NCBI GenBank assembly: GCA_009691435.1 | Contig: SICO01000001.1 | Coordinates: forward strand, 1 to 39,915 | Direction of reading: 5' to 3' | DNA from: Candidatus Saccharimonadota bacterium | GTDB taxonomy: Bacteria > Patescibacteriota > Saccharimonadia > CAILAD01 > BJGX01 | Length of the DNA: 39,915 nt | Part shown: positions 1 through 9,518 of the stretch, piece by piece | Position numbering within the stretch: the first letter of the stretch is position 1 | Layout: every line of letters starts with the position of its first letter | Position numbers and translations under genes: made by a program | Notes under the pieces: generated by a model | The model's input: the letters and a program-made list of their open reading frames with translations, nothing else | Database searches by the model: none | What the model was told of the DNA's origin: nothing

Positions 1-1530
1 TACAAATTGCGTGAAACGTTCCAGTGCTTCATTTGCTGGCAGCTCGGAGCCGTCTGGCGCTGTGATCTTTGGTAGTATCTGATTGCCATGCTTATCAGTG
101 ATAGCAACAAATGCTAAAGAAAGTAGACTGGGTGGCGTCTCGCCTACTTCAACATCCATATCTGGGTAGGGTATTCTGGCTGTATTAGCAGTGAAGCGGC
201 TCTGTAGCTCTACACTCAGATCATCAACACCCTTATATCGGTGCGATTTTTCGTTGGCAGTTGCTATCACGCAAAAGCCTGGCTCTACCTTAAGCTCTAG
301 CCCACTATCTTCTTGTACGGTATAGGTGTCACCGGGCTTGAGCTGGAGTATGGTATTGAGCCTCTTAAGTATCTCTGGTGGCATGGCGTTGATTTCATCG
401 AGTATTAGCGGTAAGCCCTTTTGCATAGCGATAACTAACGGCCCGGGCACAAAATAGGTTGCGGTGCCATTGGTAAGTTTAATCCAGTTCAACTTTCTAT
501 CAATCATTGCGTATTCATCTGAGCCTTCAGCAATTTCACCAGACAAAAAACGTCTCTTTTCTTCAGTAGTGATTTCAGCAGCATCGTCAAGGTCAGATTC
601 GGGCCTAGTGCCTAACTCATTTTTGCCCATTAGCTGGTAGGTGTTGGCTTCGCCATAGCCAGAAAATAATAGTGGCTCTTGATCAGGCCGACCATTGATT
701 CTTTGTATACGGCGCGCTATCTCACAAGCCAGTGCAGTCTTGGCTCCGCCTGTCTCACCCACTATCAGAATCGGCTGCCCCAAGATAGCAGATGTCATTT
801 GAATTTTTAGCACCTCTTGCATCTGCGTTGTAAGTAAAAGACCATCATCTAATTGCCTTTTTTTATCTAAGTCGGATCTTCTTTCGAGTTCATTAAGGTT
901 TGCCTCCCTGTCGCCCGCTGACAAAATTTCAATTTTTTGAGATTCTAGTTGTAAAATCTTGGCTTGCATTTTGCTAGCTTCAGAAGACAGGTGTGGTGCA
1001 TTTGGCTCGCCCAGGCTGATTGCTTTTAGGCGCGCTGTTTCAATATTATTTACAAGCATCGTCTGCCTTCTTTCTAGGTGTCGGTATGCAGAGGCCCTAG
1101 CTAAGCATTCTTGCTTTTCGGCACCGAGATTTTTGAGCTCTTCAGCGATACCTGGCTGACGAGTGATTTCCTCGAGCAGGGCTGATCGCTCTCGTAGGTA
1201 CCTAAGGGCACTGTGCGTGTCTTTGGGCTGATCACTCACGAAGGCCTTCCACCTTTTGAGCTCTGCATCGGAGTCATCTTTCGGAAAATGCTCCTTGTAA
1301 GCTGGTCTTTGTCTTGAGGCATCTATGTCCTCACCTTCAAAATCCTTGCGATGATGTATTGCCAAGAACCTGCGGGTGTCTAGTATCTTCTGCCTGGTAT
1401 CAATATAGTCTTCGACAGTATAAGTTCGGGCACTCGGTGCTGGCTGCTCGGGTGTGGCTACTGGCTCTGGGCTAGCCAATGCAGGTGCCAGTAGATCTGA
1501 GGCCGATTGTGGTCTTGGGGCTGTATTCAT
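1..1530 (-). CDS. AAA+ ATPase, MoxR/AAA_5-like, with a long (~250 aa) N-terminal non-ATPase, partly coiled-coil region. The 5' part of the gene is in the window and it runs off the left edge.
   Basis: Not in the ORF track. My own translation of the minus strand from ATG (complement of 1528-1530) stays open to position 1. Walker A is LIVGETGGAKT (GxxGxAKT, as in MoxR-type ATPases), Walker B is LPLILDEINA, and sensor-1-like is VIATANE. An SD-like AAAGGGA lies 7-8 nt upstream of the ATG. Confidence 0.7.
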   Translation of the reverse strand, partial: MNTAPRPQSASDLLAPALASPEPVATPEQPAPSARTYTVEDYIDTRQKILDTRRFLAIHHRKDFEGEDIDASRQRPAYKEHFPKDDSDAELKRWKAFVSDQPKDTHSALRYLRERSALLEEITRQPGIAEELKNLGAEKQECLARASAYRHLERRQTMLVNNIETARLKAISLGEPNAPHLSSEASKMQAKILQLESQKIEILSAGDREANLNELERRSDLDKKRQLDDGLLLTTQMQEVLKIQMTSAILGQPILIVGETGGAKTALACEIARRIQRINGRPDQEPLLFSGYGEANTYQLMGKNELGTRPESDLDDAAEITTEEKRRFLSGEIAEGSDEYAMIDRKLNWIKLTNGTATYFVPGPLVIAMQKGLPLILDEINAMPPEILKRLNTILQLKPGDTYTVQEDSGLELKVEPGFCVIATANEKSHRYKGVDDLSVELQSRFTANTARIPYPDMDVEVGETPPSLLSLAFVAITDKHGNQILPKITAPDGSELPANEALERFTQFV

Positions 1531-1587
1531 GCGCGTCCCTTTCTAATTAAAGTTTATAATTGTCTATATTGTACCATAAGCTTAATT

Positions 1588-1620
1588 AAAAAACCCCCGC
1601 TATTTTAGTGGGGGTTTTTT
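1588..1620. terminator. Bidirectional rho-independent terminator
   Basis: The sequence is AAAAAA-CCCCCGC-TATTTTA-GTGGGGG-TTTTTT. This is a 7-bp GC-rich stem (one G-U pair) flanked by an A-run and a T-run. It lies between the small ORF and the AAA+ gene. Confidence 0.7.
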
Positions 1621-1652
1621 GGTATTTTAATACTACTAATTCGTGCTATTAG

Positions 1653-1763
1653 CTATTGGCAAGCGTCGCACTCGGCGAGATCGCTTGGGTCAATCGGACA
1701 GGTCATTGGCTTATCCCAATCATCTTCTTTAATGGAGCCTGATATTTTTGACTTCTCTGGCAT
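1653..1763 (-). CDS. Small 36-aa acidic peptide with three Cys: MPEKSKISGSIKEDDWDKPMTCPIDPSDLAECDACQ
   Basis: Below the track's length cutoff and found by hand. ATG is preceded by AAGGAGGG with a 9-nt spacer, the stop is TAG, and the strong terminator at 1588-1620 follows. No family recognised. Confidence 0.5.
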   Translation of the reverse strand: MPEKSKISGSIKEDDWDKPMTCPIDPSDLAECDACQ

Positions 1764-2006
1764 CGGTACTTACCCTCCTTGTTTATTTTTTGATGTATGT
1801 ACCTATCATACTATAGGCATAAATGGTTTGTAAATAGTGTTTGGCATACATTTTTTGACACTACCTGTAGCGTAGTAAAATATCTGGGTAATGCTAGCCT
1901 AGTACAGATTGTACCATATAAAACGAACACAATACATACATGGAGCTGATTTGGCGATTTTAAACACTCAAGAGGTTGGCTGGAGCACAGGCATTAACCC
2001 CAAAGT

Positions 2007-2036
2007 TTGCCCTTTAATAAGCATAGGCGTTACAAT
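2007..2036 (+). promoter_or_regulatory. Putative sigma70-type promoter, TTGCCC-18-TACAAT, ending 6 nt before the ATG of the LOG-family gene
   Basis: Hexamers were read directly. There is no SD between the -10 box and the ATG at 2043. Confidence 0.35.
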
Positions 2037-2042
2037 AAGTAG

Positions 2043-2738
2043 ATGAAAAATAACCAATCTGAGCCTCTATCAGTTGAAGCAATTCAAGAAGCCTGCCAGC
2101 TTAAGCATGATGACGAAACAAGTGAACGGGTCTGCCGGATTAATGAAGAAATTACCCAGGGGTTAGAGCTAATCAGCCATTATCCTAAAAAAGTTACTTT
2201 TTTTGGGTCAGCTAGGTTTAAGGAGGACCACCCAGAATATCAAAAGGCTCGCAATCTTGCTAAGCGCCTGGTGAGCGAGCTAGATTATACTATCGTAACA
2301 GGTGGTGCTGGTGGCATCATGGAGGCCGCCAATCGGGGAGCCAAAGAAGCCGGCGGCAATTCACTGGGGCTCAATATCAAGCTCCCTGCAGAACAGATTA
2401 CCAACCCCTTTGTAACTCAAGCGATTCCCTTCCGCTACTTCTTTACGCGCAAAGTTATCCTAAGCTTTGCCTCCAGAATGTATATATACTTCCCCGGCGG
2501 ATTCGGTACCATGGACGAGTTTTACGAAATCCTAACGCTGGTTCAGACTCGCAAGATACACAAAGTGCCGATTGTTTGTGTTGGGGCGTACTTTTGGGAA
2601 ACTCTCGATAGACATATGCACCACGGCCTGATGCTACCAACTGATACCATCGACGAAACAGATATGGGCCTCTACACTATTACCGATAGCGAAGATACTA
2701 TTATGGAAATTGCCCGTAGCGCCCAAGCACGCAAATAG
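2043..2738 (+). CDS. LOG family / TIGR00730-type Rossmann-fold protein (lysine-decarboxylase-like, nucleotide 5'-monophosphate nucleosidase)
   Basis: Motifs GGAGGIMEA and PGGFGTMDE (PGGxGTxxE), with typical length. Confidence 0.85.
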   Translation: MKNNQSEPLSVEAIQEACQLKHDDETSERVCRINEEITQGLELISHYPKKVTFFGSARFKEDHPEYQKARNLAKRLVSELDYTIVTGGAGGIMEAANRGAKEAGGNSLGLNIKLPAEQITNPFVTQAIPFRYFFTRKVILSFASRMYIYFPGGFGTMDEFYEILTLVQTRKIHKVPIVCVGAYFWETLDRHMHHGLMLPTDTIDETDMGLYTITDSEDTIMEIARSAQARK

Positions 2739-2741
2739 TTA

Positions 2742-2769
2742 TTGGCAAAACTCGCCTGATGGCTATAAT
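2742..2769 (+). promoter_or_regulatory. Putative promoter TTGGCA-16-TATAAT
   Basis: Near-consensus hexamers lie upstream of the 2806 gene, which has an AAGGAG SD. Confidence 0.45.
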
Positions 2770-2805
2770 AGCTAATACTAGTTAACTAATACATAAGGAG
2801 AAATA

Positions 2806-3186
2806 GTGGACGATAAAACCCCTCTTCAGGCCATCCATCGGCTGATGCCAGAAATAGCCCAGTCAAAAGAAAAAATTAGAACAATCAGGGAGCAACTCAA
2901 GGATGTGATGGAGCAAAACGAGGAGTACAAAAAGCTCGAAGAAGAAATCAAGGAGCTGTCTGGAAAGCGCGCTGAGACCAAAAAGCTCTTGCTGGCTGAT
3001 CGTGATTTTCAGAAAATCAATGCCGAGCTAGACGACGAAAAACTTAAAAATAAAGACCTCCAGGAGATACTTAGCCACTACCTTGTGACTTACTATAATG
3101 AAACGCAAAAAACGGAACTAACCGATGAAACTGGCGAAACAAGACAGCTGCTACTATCGGCCAAGCTTGGCAAGGCTATAGCCTAA
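2806..3186 (+). CDS. Hypothetical coiled-coil protein (126 aa, Glu/Lys-rich)
   Basis: GTG start with an AAGGAG SD. Heptad-like charged sequence, no recognisable family. Confidence 0.55.
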   Translation: MDDKTPLQAIHRLMPEIAQSKEKIRTIREQLKDVMEQNEEYKKLEEEIKELSGKRAETKKLLLADRDFQKINAELDDEKLKNKDLQEILSHYLVTYYNETQKTELTDETGETRQLLLSAKLGKAIA

Positions 3187-3195
3187 CTACTAGGT

Positions 3196-3224
3196 TTGAC
3201 CGAGATAGGCTTTTATGCTACTAT
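3196..3224 (+). promoter_or_regulatory. Putative promoter TTGACC-17-TACTAT, 9 nt upstream of the rpmE ATG
   Basis: Hexamers were read directly and no SD follows. Confidence 0.4.
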
Positions 3225-3233
3225 TACCAGGTT

Positions 3234-3584
3234 ATGAAATCTAGTATTCATCCTGAATTAAAAGCTACAAAGGTCAACTGCCTCGGCTGTGGAACCGCCT
3301 TTGAAAGCACATCTACGGTTGACCAAATTACCGTTGATGTCTGTAGCCTGTGCCATCCATTTTATACCGGCAAACAAAAACTAGTTGATACTGCTGGTCG
3401 AGTTGATAAATTCAGAACACGAACCGAGGCTGCAAAATCTCAAAAGCAAGCCCTAGGTAGGAAAGCTATTAAGGCTAGTAAACGTCAAGCCGCTAAGATT
3501 GCTAAATCCCAAAATAAATTAGAGCCAATAAAGTCAGCTAAAAAAATATCTAAAACCCCACAAGTTCAAGTCAAGGAACAATAA
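3234..3584 (+). CDS. rpmE: 50S ribosomal protein L31, Zn-binding type, with a ~45-aa Lys/Ala-rich C-terminal extension
   Basis: Begins MKSSIHPE, has the CxxC...CxxC pattern (CLGC, CSLC), then HPFYTGKQK and GRVDKF. Confidence 0.9.
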   Translation: MKSSIHPELKATKVNCLGCGTAFESTSTVDQITVDVCSLCHPFYTGKQKLVDTAGRVDKFRTRTEAAKSQKQALGRKAIKASKRQAAKIAKSQNKLEPIKSAKKISKTPQVQVKEQ

Positions 3585-3631
3585 ACTAACCTTAAGTATC
3601 ATAATGCCCTATAATTAGGGTATTATTTATT

Positions 3632-4699
3632 ATGAAACTGATTAACCCCACCGCCATCAAGAATATCCAGCACGAGCTGTCCGATATAGCCAGCCAGCTT
3701 AGTGATGCCGCCATTTATGCTAGCCCGCGTTCTGCTAAGCTTATTAACAGAGAGCGTGAGCTCTCGGAAAAGTTAGAACTCTTTCAGAAAGTTGCTGCCG
3801 CTGAAGACGACCTAGAAACAGCCAGAATGATGCAAGATGACCCTACAACAAAGGAGTTTGCAACAGAAGAAATTATTAAACTTAAAACGCTCTTAGAACA
3901 GCTAGAAGGTAGCGTCAGGCTAGCTCTTATCCCAACTAATCCTGCTGATCAAAAAAATGCCATTATTGAAATCCGAGCCGGGGCAGGTGGCGACGAGAGT
4001 AGTATCTTTGCTGGCGACTTACTTAGAATGTATGCGCGTTATTGTGAAGACCACGGACTGAGCTTAAGTTTGCTTAGTGAAAATATAAACCCTGTTGGTG
4101 GTTATAAAGAAGTTATTGCCCAAATCCAAGGTAATGATGCTTATGGTACGTTCAAATATGAATCTGGAGTACAGCGGGTCCAGAGGGTGCCAGCTACGGA
4201 AAGCGCGGGGCGTATCCATACTAGCACCGCTACGGTAGCCGTACTGCCAGAAGCCGAGGAGCATGACGTCCAGATTAATCAAAATGAACTGCGCATTGAT
4301 GTTTTTCGTAGCTCCGGCAATGGTGGCCAGAGTGTTAATACTACCGATAGTGCCGTTAGAATTACTCACCTGCCAAGTGGAATTGTAGTCACCTGCCAAG
4401 ACGAGAAATCGCAACTAAAAAACAAACTTAAGGCCATGAGTGTCTTGCGCTCTCGCTTGCTAGATGCCCAAAACCAGCAAAAAGCCAAGGAACTAGGCGA
4501 CCAGCGCCGAGGACAGATTGGGACTGGCGATAGAAGCGAAAAGATACGTACATATAACTTCCCCCAAGACCGCGTCACCGACCACCGTATTGGCTACACC
4601 ACACATAATTTAAATAAAGTTATGGATGGTGATATAGATGCTATCATCTCAGCCCTAAAAACCGCAGCCACTGAAAAAATACTCCACGAGCAACTATGA
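3632..4699 (+). CDS. prfA: Peptide chain release factor 1
   Basis: The PAT tripeptide appears in [16 protein letters not shown], and the GGQ motif in [23 protein letters not shown]. Confidence 0.95.
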   Translation: MKLINPTAIKNIQHELSDIASQLSDAAIYASPRSAKLINRERELSEKLELFQKVAAAEDDLETARMMQDDPTTKEFATEEIIKLKTLLEQLEGSVRLALIPTNPADQKNAIIEIRAGAGGDESSIFAGDLLRMYARYCEDHGLSLSLLSENINPVGGYKEVIAQIQGNDAYGTFKYESGVQRVQRVPATESAGRIHTSTATVAVLPEAEEHDVQINQNELRIDVFRSSGNGGQSVNTTDSAVRITHLPSGIVVTCQDEKSQLKNKLKAMSVLRSRLLDAQNQQKAKELGDQRRGQIGTGDRSEKIRTYNFPQDRVTDHRIGYTTHNLNKVMDGDIDAIISALKTAATEKILHEQL

Positions 4700-5517
4700 A
4701 TGTCCGCGAGCTAACTAGATCGGGGCAAAAAAAATTAACTCAAGTTGGGATCAATAGTGCCCAATTAGACTCGGAAATTTTATTGTCTTGGAGCCTTAGT
4801 AAAACTCGCGAATGGCTGATTGCCCACAGCCTAGATGAGCTGGCCCAAAGTCAAGCTAATTTATTTAATGGTCTAATCGCGAGAAGACTAGAGCATGAAC
4901 CGATTTGCTATATTACCAATAGGATAGAATTTTACGGCCTTGATTTTTATGTTGATGATAGGGTCTTGTGCCCTCGGGCCGAAACTGAATTAATTGTTGA
5001 GCAAGCAATCAAACGAGCCCCGCTTAACTCTAGCTTGATTGATTTAGGGACTGGTAGCGGAGCTATTGCTATTGCTATTGCCTACCATCGCAAAGACCTA
5101 ACCATCACAGCAACAGAGATATCCAGTAAGGCCCTCGTTGTAGCCAAGCGTAATGCCGAGTATATTTTAGGGCAGAATAATAATATCAAATTTATAAAAT
5201 CTAACATCTGGGATGATATCAATGGCAAATTTGATACTATTGTTACCAATCTCCCCTATGTATCTACAAGCTACACCCCCAATATGGAGCCAGAGGTAAA
5301 AAAAGAGCCAGCCATTGCTATTTTTGGTGGAGGTAAGGATGGCTTAAGTTTATATCGTAAATTTTACGATGGAATGCCGAGCCATACCAATCCCAAAACC
5401 ATTGTGTTCCACGAATCTGACCCCTGGCAACATGATAAATTAAAAAAACTAGCTAGTCAGGCTAGTTTATCATTACTATTTGAGGACTATTTAATACTTG
5501 GCTTTTCAAAAAAATAA
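4696..5517 (+). CDS. prmC: Release-factor glutamine N5-methyltransferase (HemK/PrmC)
   Basis: SAM motif [10 protein letters not shown]. The catalytic tetrapeptide position reads NLPY (canonical NPPY). There is a 4-nt overlap with prfA. Confidence 0.85.
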   Translation: MNVRELTRSGQKKLTQVGINSAQLDSEILLSWSLSKTREWLIAHSLDELAQSQANLFNGLIARRLEHEPICYITNRIEFYGLDFYVDDRVLCPRAETELIVEQAIKRAPLNSSLIDLGTGSGAIAIAIAYHRKDLTITATEISSKALVVAKRNAEYILGQNNNIKFIKSNIWDDINGKFDTIVTNLPYVSTSYTPNMEPEVKKEPAIAIFGGGKDGLSLYRKFYDGMPSHTNPKTIVFHESDPWQHDKLKKLASQASLSLLFEDYLILGFSKK

Positions 5518-5537
5518 AATATTAAACTAGCTAGATC

Positions 5538-6347
5538 CTAACCAGTACCTGTCCAGCGGTTCATGAATATTAAAAGTACAAAAACTATAACGGTAACTGC
5601 TAGGTATTCAATGGTAATGCCCTTTTTTAGAGTGCGTTGCTTATAATGGTAGTAGATACCTCCCCAGCCATAGGCCAAAGCTGTGATAATAGCACTGTAC
5701 TGCGATAGAATAAGCGGTACACTAGGTAGCTGGTATAATACCGTCCACCGTGACGCTACCCAGAAAATCTGGACGGCCACAAAGCCCCAGAGGGCAGCTA
5801 GTATTTGAGGTTTATTTGTAAAATCAAGCAGCCACCACAGGGCTATTAGAAAATTAATAATCCATAATATTAACATCACTAAAGCAGCCGGCCAATGCCA
5901 GTAGACTACAGTCAGGCTGGCCAGAGAGCTGCTAACCAGAATAAATAAAAGAGTCAGGATATTATCCAATAGCAAATTAGGCTGAGGCTGTGTTTCTAGG
6001 TAGCATATTACTCCGTAAACTGCAGATGATACTGCTACAGATAGGATAAACAACAAAGGCGACGTTTTGCCAATGATGTAAACGCTATAAATGTAAAACA
6101 AGCTAATAGCTATCCATAACATTGGTCGCAGTGACTTTGTAATAATTGTTCTAAACTTATTAGTTACAATCAGGCGCCGGAATAAAATATAGTTGAGTAC
6201 TAATCCAGCTGGGATCATGAAGAGTGGCGAGGGTGTGTAATATAAAATGGCAATTGCACAGACCGCAATGAGTACACAGATAATAGTTATTAGGCGCTGG
6301 CCCTGAGTAAATAAATTAAGCCTTTTAATCGCTGTTTTTAAATTCAT
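5538..6347 (-). CDS. Polytopic membrane protein of unknown function (about 8 hydrophobic segments)
   Basis: Hydrophobic segments run throughout. It overlaps the LCP gene by 23 nt, consistent with co-transcription. Confidence 0.55.
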   Translation of the reverse strand: MNLKTAIKRLNLFTQGQRLITIICVLIAVCAIAILYYTPSPLFMIPAGLVLNYILFRRLIVTNKFRTIITKSLRPMLWIAISLFYIYSVYIIGKTSPLLFILSVAVSSAVYGVICYLETQPQPNLLLDNILTLLFILVSSSLASLTVVYWHWPAALVMLILWIINFLIALWWLLDFTNKPQILAALWGFVAVQIFWVASRWTVLYQLPSVPLILSQYSAIITALAYGWGGIYYHYKQRTLKKGITIEYLAVTVIVFVLLIFMNRWTGTG

Positions 6348-7719
6348 AGTCTGCTCCTAATATAATTACTAGCTCGGCTTGAGAGCCAGCGGGGCGATCC
6401 TGCTTGCTAACCTCAACACCTAGCCTATTGCTTAAATACCTGGCGGTGTAGGGTTTGTCGCCATTGGTATAGTCAATGAGCTGAGTTTTACTCTCACCAC
6501 TAGCAATAATAGCTGGAGTCTTTATAACATTATAGCCCAATGATTGCAACACGATTGATAGGGCATAGGCGTATCCAACCTTATCCCCGCCACCAATAAT
6601 TTCAACTTTTGCCGACTCACTCTTAATATAGCCGTCTATCAATAAGCTCTTGATGTACGACTGGATTGACCTATAATTACCAACACCATCGGTCGGTATT
6701 ACTATGCTAGCATCACCAACATTACTATTTTTTACTAACTCTTGACCTTCATTTTCTAGAACCGTATTGACTATGGCATTAGCATCTACTTTGCGGCCAA
6801 TAGCAATTAAACGCTTCATTTCTTCTAGGCTAATATCAGTCGATAAATGATCCCCGACAATAGTAAGCAAGTCATTAACTTTAGCAGGGTTTAAAATGTT
6901 ATCCAGTCCCAGGGCCTTGTCGCGCATTGCCAACAAAACTACTTGTTGTCTTAAAGCCCTACCATAATCATCGCCACAACTCCCCTTACGGCAACGTGTA
7001 AATTTGAGAGCTAGAGCACCATCCATGTGATGGTAGCCAGCCTTAAGATTAAACCCACAGGTGTAAGCGCCATTTCTATCGCAAGGATAATCTGGGTCGC
7101 TTAGATCGGTGGGGTTATAGGCATCAACACCGCCAATAGCATCAACAGAGTTTTTGAGACCTGTAAAATCAACTTTTAAAAAGTAATGGACTGGTACACC
7201 TAAAACCTGACTCACCGTTTGCTTAATAACCTCTGCACCAGAATCCTCCTTCTGCTGTTCTGCGAAAACATAAGCAGCATTTATTTTACTCCACCAAAAA
7301 CCTGGAATTTTAACATACAAATCTCTTGGCACACTAATTAGTACCACATCATTGGTTTTTGGATCAATACTGGCAAGTAGAATTGTGTCGGTCAAATCCT
7401 CTCCCGCATGCCCAGTATCGCCTGTGCCTAAGAGTAAAATATTAACACGCCCCTCGCCTTCACCTTTTAGCTGGTTTAAGTCTAAATCACCCTTAAGACC
7501 TATGGCGCCGGCGCCGTTGTGACTTTTAATAACCTTACTAAGCGTTACAATTGTTTTAACGCCAAAAGCACCAGCTAATAGTACCGTCATACCAAATAGC
7601 ACCAGGAACACTCTTATACCCCAGTGTTTTTTTAGATTTTTCTTTTTTAGACTAGTGGTAGGCGGGGCATCAGGAGAACTATCAATATCTCTAGCTTTAG
7701 GCCTCTTAAATAGTTGCAT
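6325..7719 (-). CDS. LytR-CpsA-Psr (LCP) family cell-wall glycopolymer ligase, N-terminally membrane-anchored
   Basis: An N-terminal TM segment is followed by ILLLGTGDTGHAGEDLTDTILLASIDPKTNDVVLISVPRDLYV, typical of the LCP domain. Confidence 0.85.
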   Translation of the reverse strand: MQLFKRPKARDIDSSPDAPPTTSLKKKNLKKHWGIRVFLVLFGMTVLLAGAFGVKTIVTLSKVIKSHNGAGAIGLKGDLDLNQLKGEGEGRVNILLLGTGDTGHAGEDLTDTILLASIDPKTNDVVLISVPRDLYVKIPGFWWSKINAAYVFAEQQKEDSGAEVIKQTVSQVLGVPVHYFLKVDFTGLKNSVDAIGGVDAYNPTDLSDPDYPCDRNGAYTCGFNLKAGYHHMDGALALKFTRCRKGSCGDDYGRALRQQVVLLAMRDKALGLDNILNPAKVNDLLTIVGDHLSTDISLEEMKRLIAIGRKVDANAIVNTVLENEGQELVKNSNVGDASIVIPTDGVGNYRSIQSYIKSLLIDGYIKSESAKVEIIGGGDKVGYAYALSIVLQSLGYNVIKTPAIIASGESKTQLIDYTNGDKPYTARYLSNRLGVEVSKQDRPAGSQAELVIILGADYEFKNSD

Positions 7720-7791
7720 ACTGTTTCTATTATAGATGATTAAGCCTTAGCAATAAACACTTATGTATGTTCTGGAATATTGCTGCTAAGC

Positions 7792-7800
7792 TGTTATAAT
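7792..7800 (+). promoter_or_regulatory. Extended -10 element TGtTATAAT, 8 nt upstream of the lepB ATG
   Basis: Read directly. There is no clear -35 and no SD before ATG 7809. Confidence 0.35.
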
Positions 7801-7808
7801 TAACTATA

Positions 7809-8615
7809 ATGGACAACAAAGAAGAAACAGCTGATGTTCACGCTAAACTAGACGATTCAGAACTACTACAGCCAGGCACCGATATTAAGCCAGGAGCCTA
7901 CCCTAATCCCAGCGAGACCGAAGGCAGTCCTAAGCTAGGTACAGGCAATATTGAGGCCGACATTAAAGACTTTAATAATTTTGTAACCCTCCAAGATGAG
8001 TCTGTAGTTGAAGAAAAGCCACAACACAGTCTGCTACATATTATTTGGGAAATTGTAAAGACCCTAATCATTGCTGCCATTGTTGTAATATTTATCAATA
8101 CTTTTGTATTTCAAGCCTACTACGTAGACGGAGGCAGTATGAACCCAGATTTTATTAATGGAGACTACCTGCTAGTTGATAAAATAAAAACCTCACTTAA
8201 AAATATTAGTGGGTTTTTTGGCAATAAGAGTGGCCTAAAAATTAACCGTGGCGATATCCTAGTGTTCAGGCCTCCGGGTAATCCAGAAATCTTTTATATT
8301 AAGAGAGTCATCGGCCTCCCTGGTGAGAGAATAACCTTGAAAGATGGTGTCTTTACGATCTATAACCAAGAGCACCCCAAGGGGCTAGTATTAAAGGAGG
8401 CTTATGTTGACCCGCACTATAAGGCCGAGGGAGAAGTTGATGAGGTTATTGAAGCTAATAATGTCTTTGTAGTTGGGGATAACCGCTCGGCTGGCGGCAG
8501 TTATGATTCTAGAAGCTGGGGGCAACTGCCTCAAGCCAATATCATTGGCAACGCCTTCTTTAGGGTTATGCCACTAAATGATGCCGGTTTTATTAAGCAG
8601 CCCAGCTACAATTAA
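7809..8615 (+). CDS. lepB: Signal peptidase I
   Basis: A TM anchor is followed by GGSMNPDF (Ser nucleophile box), KRVIGLPGE (Lys box) and GDNRSAGGSYDSRSWG. Confidence 0.9.
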   Translation: MDNKEETADVHAKLDDSELLQPGTDIKPGAYPNPSETEGSPKLGTGNIEADIKDFNNFVTLQDESVVEEKPQHSLLHIIWEIVKTLIIAAIVVIFINTFVFQAYYVDGGSMNPDFINGDYLLVDKIKTSLKNISGFFGNKSGLKINRGDILVFRPPGNPEIFYIKRVIGLPGERITLKDGVFTIYNQEHPKGLVLKEAYVDPHYKAEGEVDEVIEANNVFVVGDNRSAGGSYDSRSWGQLPQANIIGNAFFRVMPLNDAGFIKQPSYN

Positions 8616-8624
8616 CTCTGATAA

Positions 8625-9518
8625 TTAATCTTCGCCTCGTATCTGGTTGGCGATTCTAGTTAGTTCTTCTTCGGAGTAGTACTCTATTATCAGCCTACCC
8701 CCATTGGCTTTCTTCTGCACCTTAACCTTAGTACCTAGCGCCTTGCCGATACTATCCGTTAAAGCATTAAATTCAGTGCGCATAGTAACTGCGTGGGCTG
8801 GCTTATGAGCTCCATCGCTTGATTTAAAGCGACGAGTCAGTTCCTCTGCCTCCCGAACCGTTAGCTTAGATTTAATAATAGTCTCTAGCAGTTGCGTTTG
8901 ATCTGCCTGGTCATCTAAGGAAAGAATGGCTCTGGCATGACCCTCCGAAATAGTACCCTTCTGCAGTGCCAATTTAGCTTGGTGCGGCAAGTTAAGTAAC
9001 CTTACAGAATTAGAAACGGTTGAAGGGCCCTTGCCGACCCGCTTAGCTATTGCATCGTGAGTTAAATTAAACTGATCGATAAGCTTGGTATAAGCAATTG
9101 CCACCTCAAGAGGGGTAAGATCGGCGCGCTGGATATTCTCAATCACAGCTAATTCTAATTGCTGTTGTTGGGAAAATGTTCGTACAATCGATGGAATCGA
9201 TGTTAAGCCGAGTTTTTTTACAGCCCTAAGCCTGCGCTCTCCAGCAACTAACTGGTACTTGCCTTGCTTAGTTTTAATAACAATAATTGGCTGTAACACA
9301 CCATGGAGCTTAATGCTGCTGGCTAACTCCTGTAACTGCGAGCTAGAGAATTCTGTTCTGGGCTGATGTGGATTGGGGGATATATCGGCAGGGTTTAGCT
9401 TTGCTATGATGCTCCCGTCAATCTTCAGCTCTGGCGGCAAACTATCTGCTATAAAATCATCAATATCCGTCGGTATCAAAGCATCAAGCCCCCGACCTAA
9501 TCTACTTTTTGAACTCAT
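8625..9518 (-). CDS. parB: Chromosome partitioning protein ParB/Spo0J
   Basis: ParB-box GERRLRA plus an HTH region. It overlaps parA by 4 nt. Confidence 0.9.
   Translation of the reverse strand: MSSKSRLGRGLDALIPTDIDDFIADSLPPELKIDGSIIAKLNPADISPNPHQPRTEFSSSQLQELASSIKLHGVLQPIIVIKTKQGKYQLVAGERRLRAVKKLGLTSIPSIVRTFSQQQQLELAVIENIQRADLTPLEVAIAYTKLIDQFNLTHDAIAKRVGKGPSTVSNSVRLLNLPHQAKLALQKGTISEGHARAILSLDDQADQTQLLETIIKSKLTVREAEELTRRFKSSDGAHKPAHAVTMRTEFNALTDSIGKALGTKVKVQKKANGGRLIIEYYSEEELTRIANQIRGED

Noticed and set aside
3-18. A parS-like half site (CGTGAAAC) near the window start.
   Set aside because: Only one half of the 16-bp TGTTTCACGTGAAACA palindrome matches, and the other half has about 1 of 7 matches. 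I saw no full parS in or around parAB.
959-1159. A 66-aa plus-strand ORF from the track.
   Set aside because: It is antisense to the unlisted AAA+ ATPase ORF, which is open across the whole of 1-1530 on the minus strand. No SD and no recognisable features.
1855-1883. TTGACA followed by TAAAAT/AAATAT about 160 nt upstream of the LOG gene, as a plus-strand promoter.
   Set aside because: The spacer is ambiguous (15-17 nt). A better-placed TTGCCC-18-TACAAT lies directly at the start codon, so the role of this upstream match is unclear.
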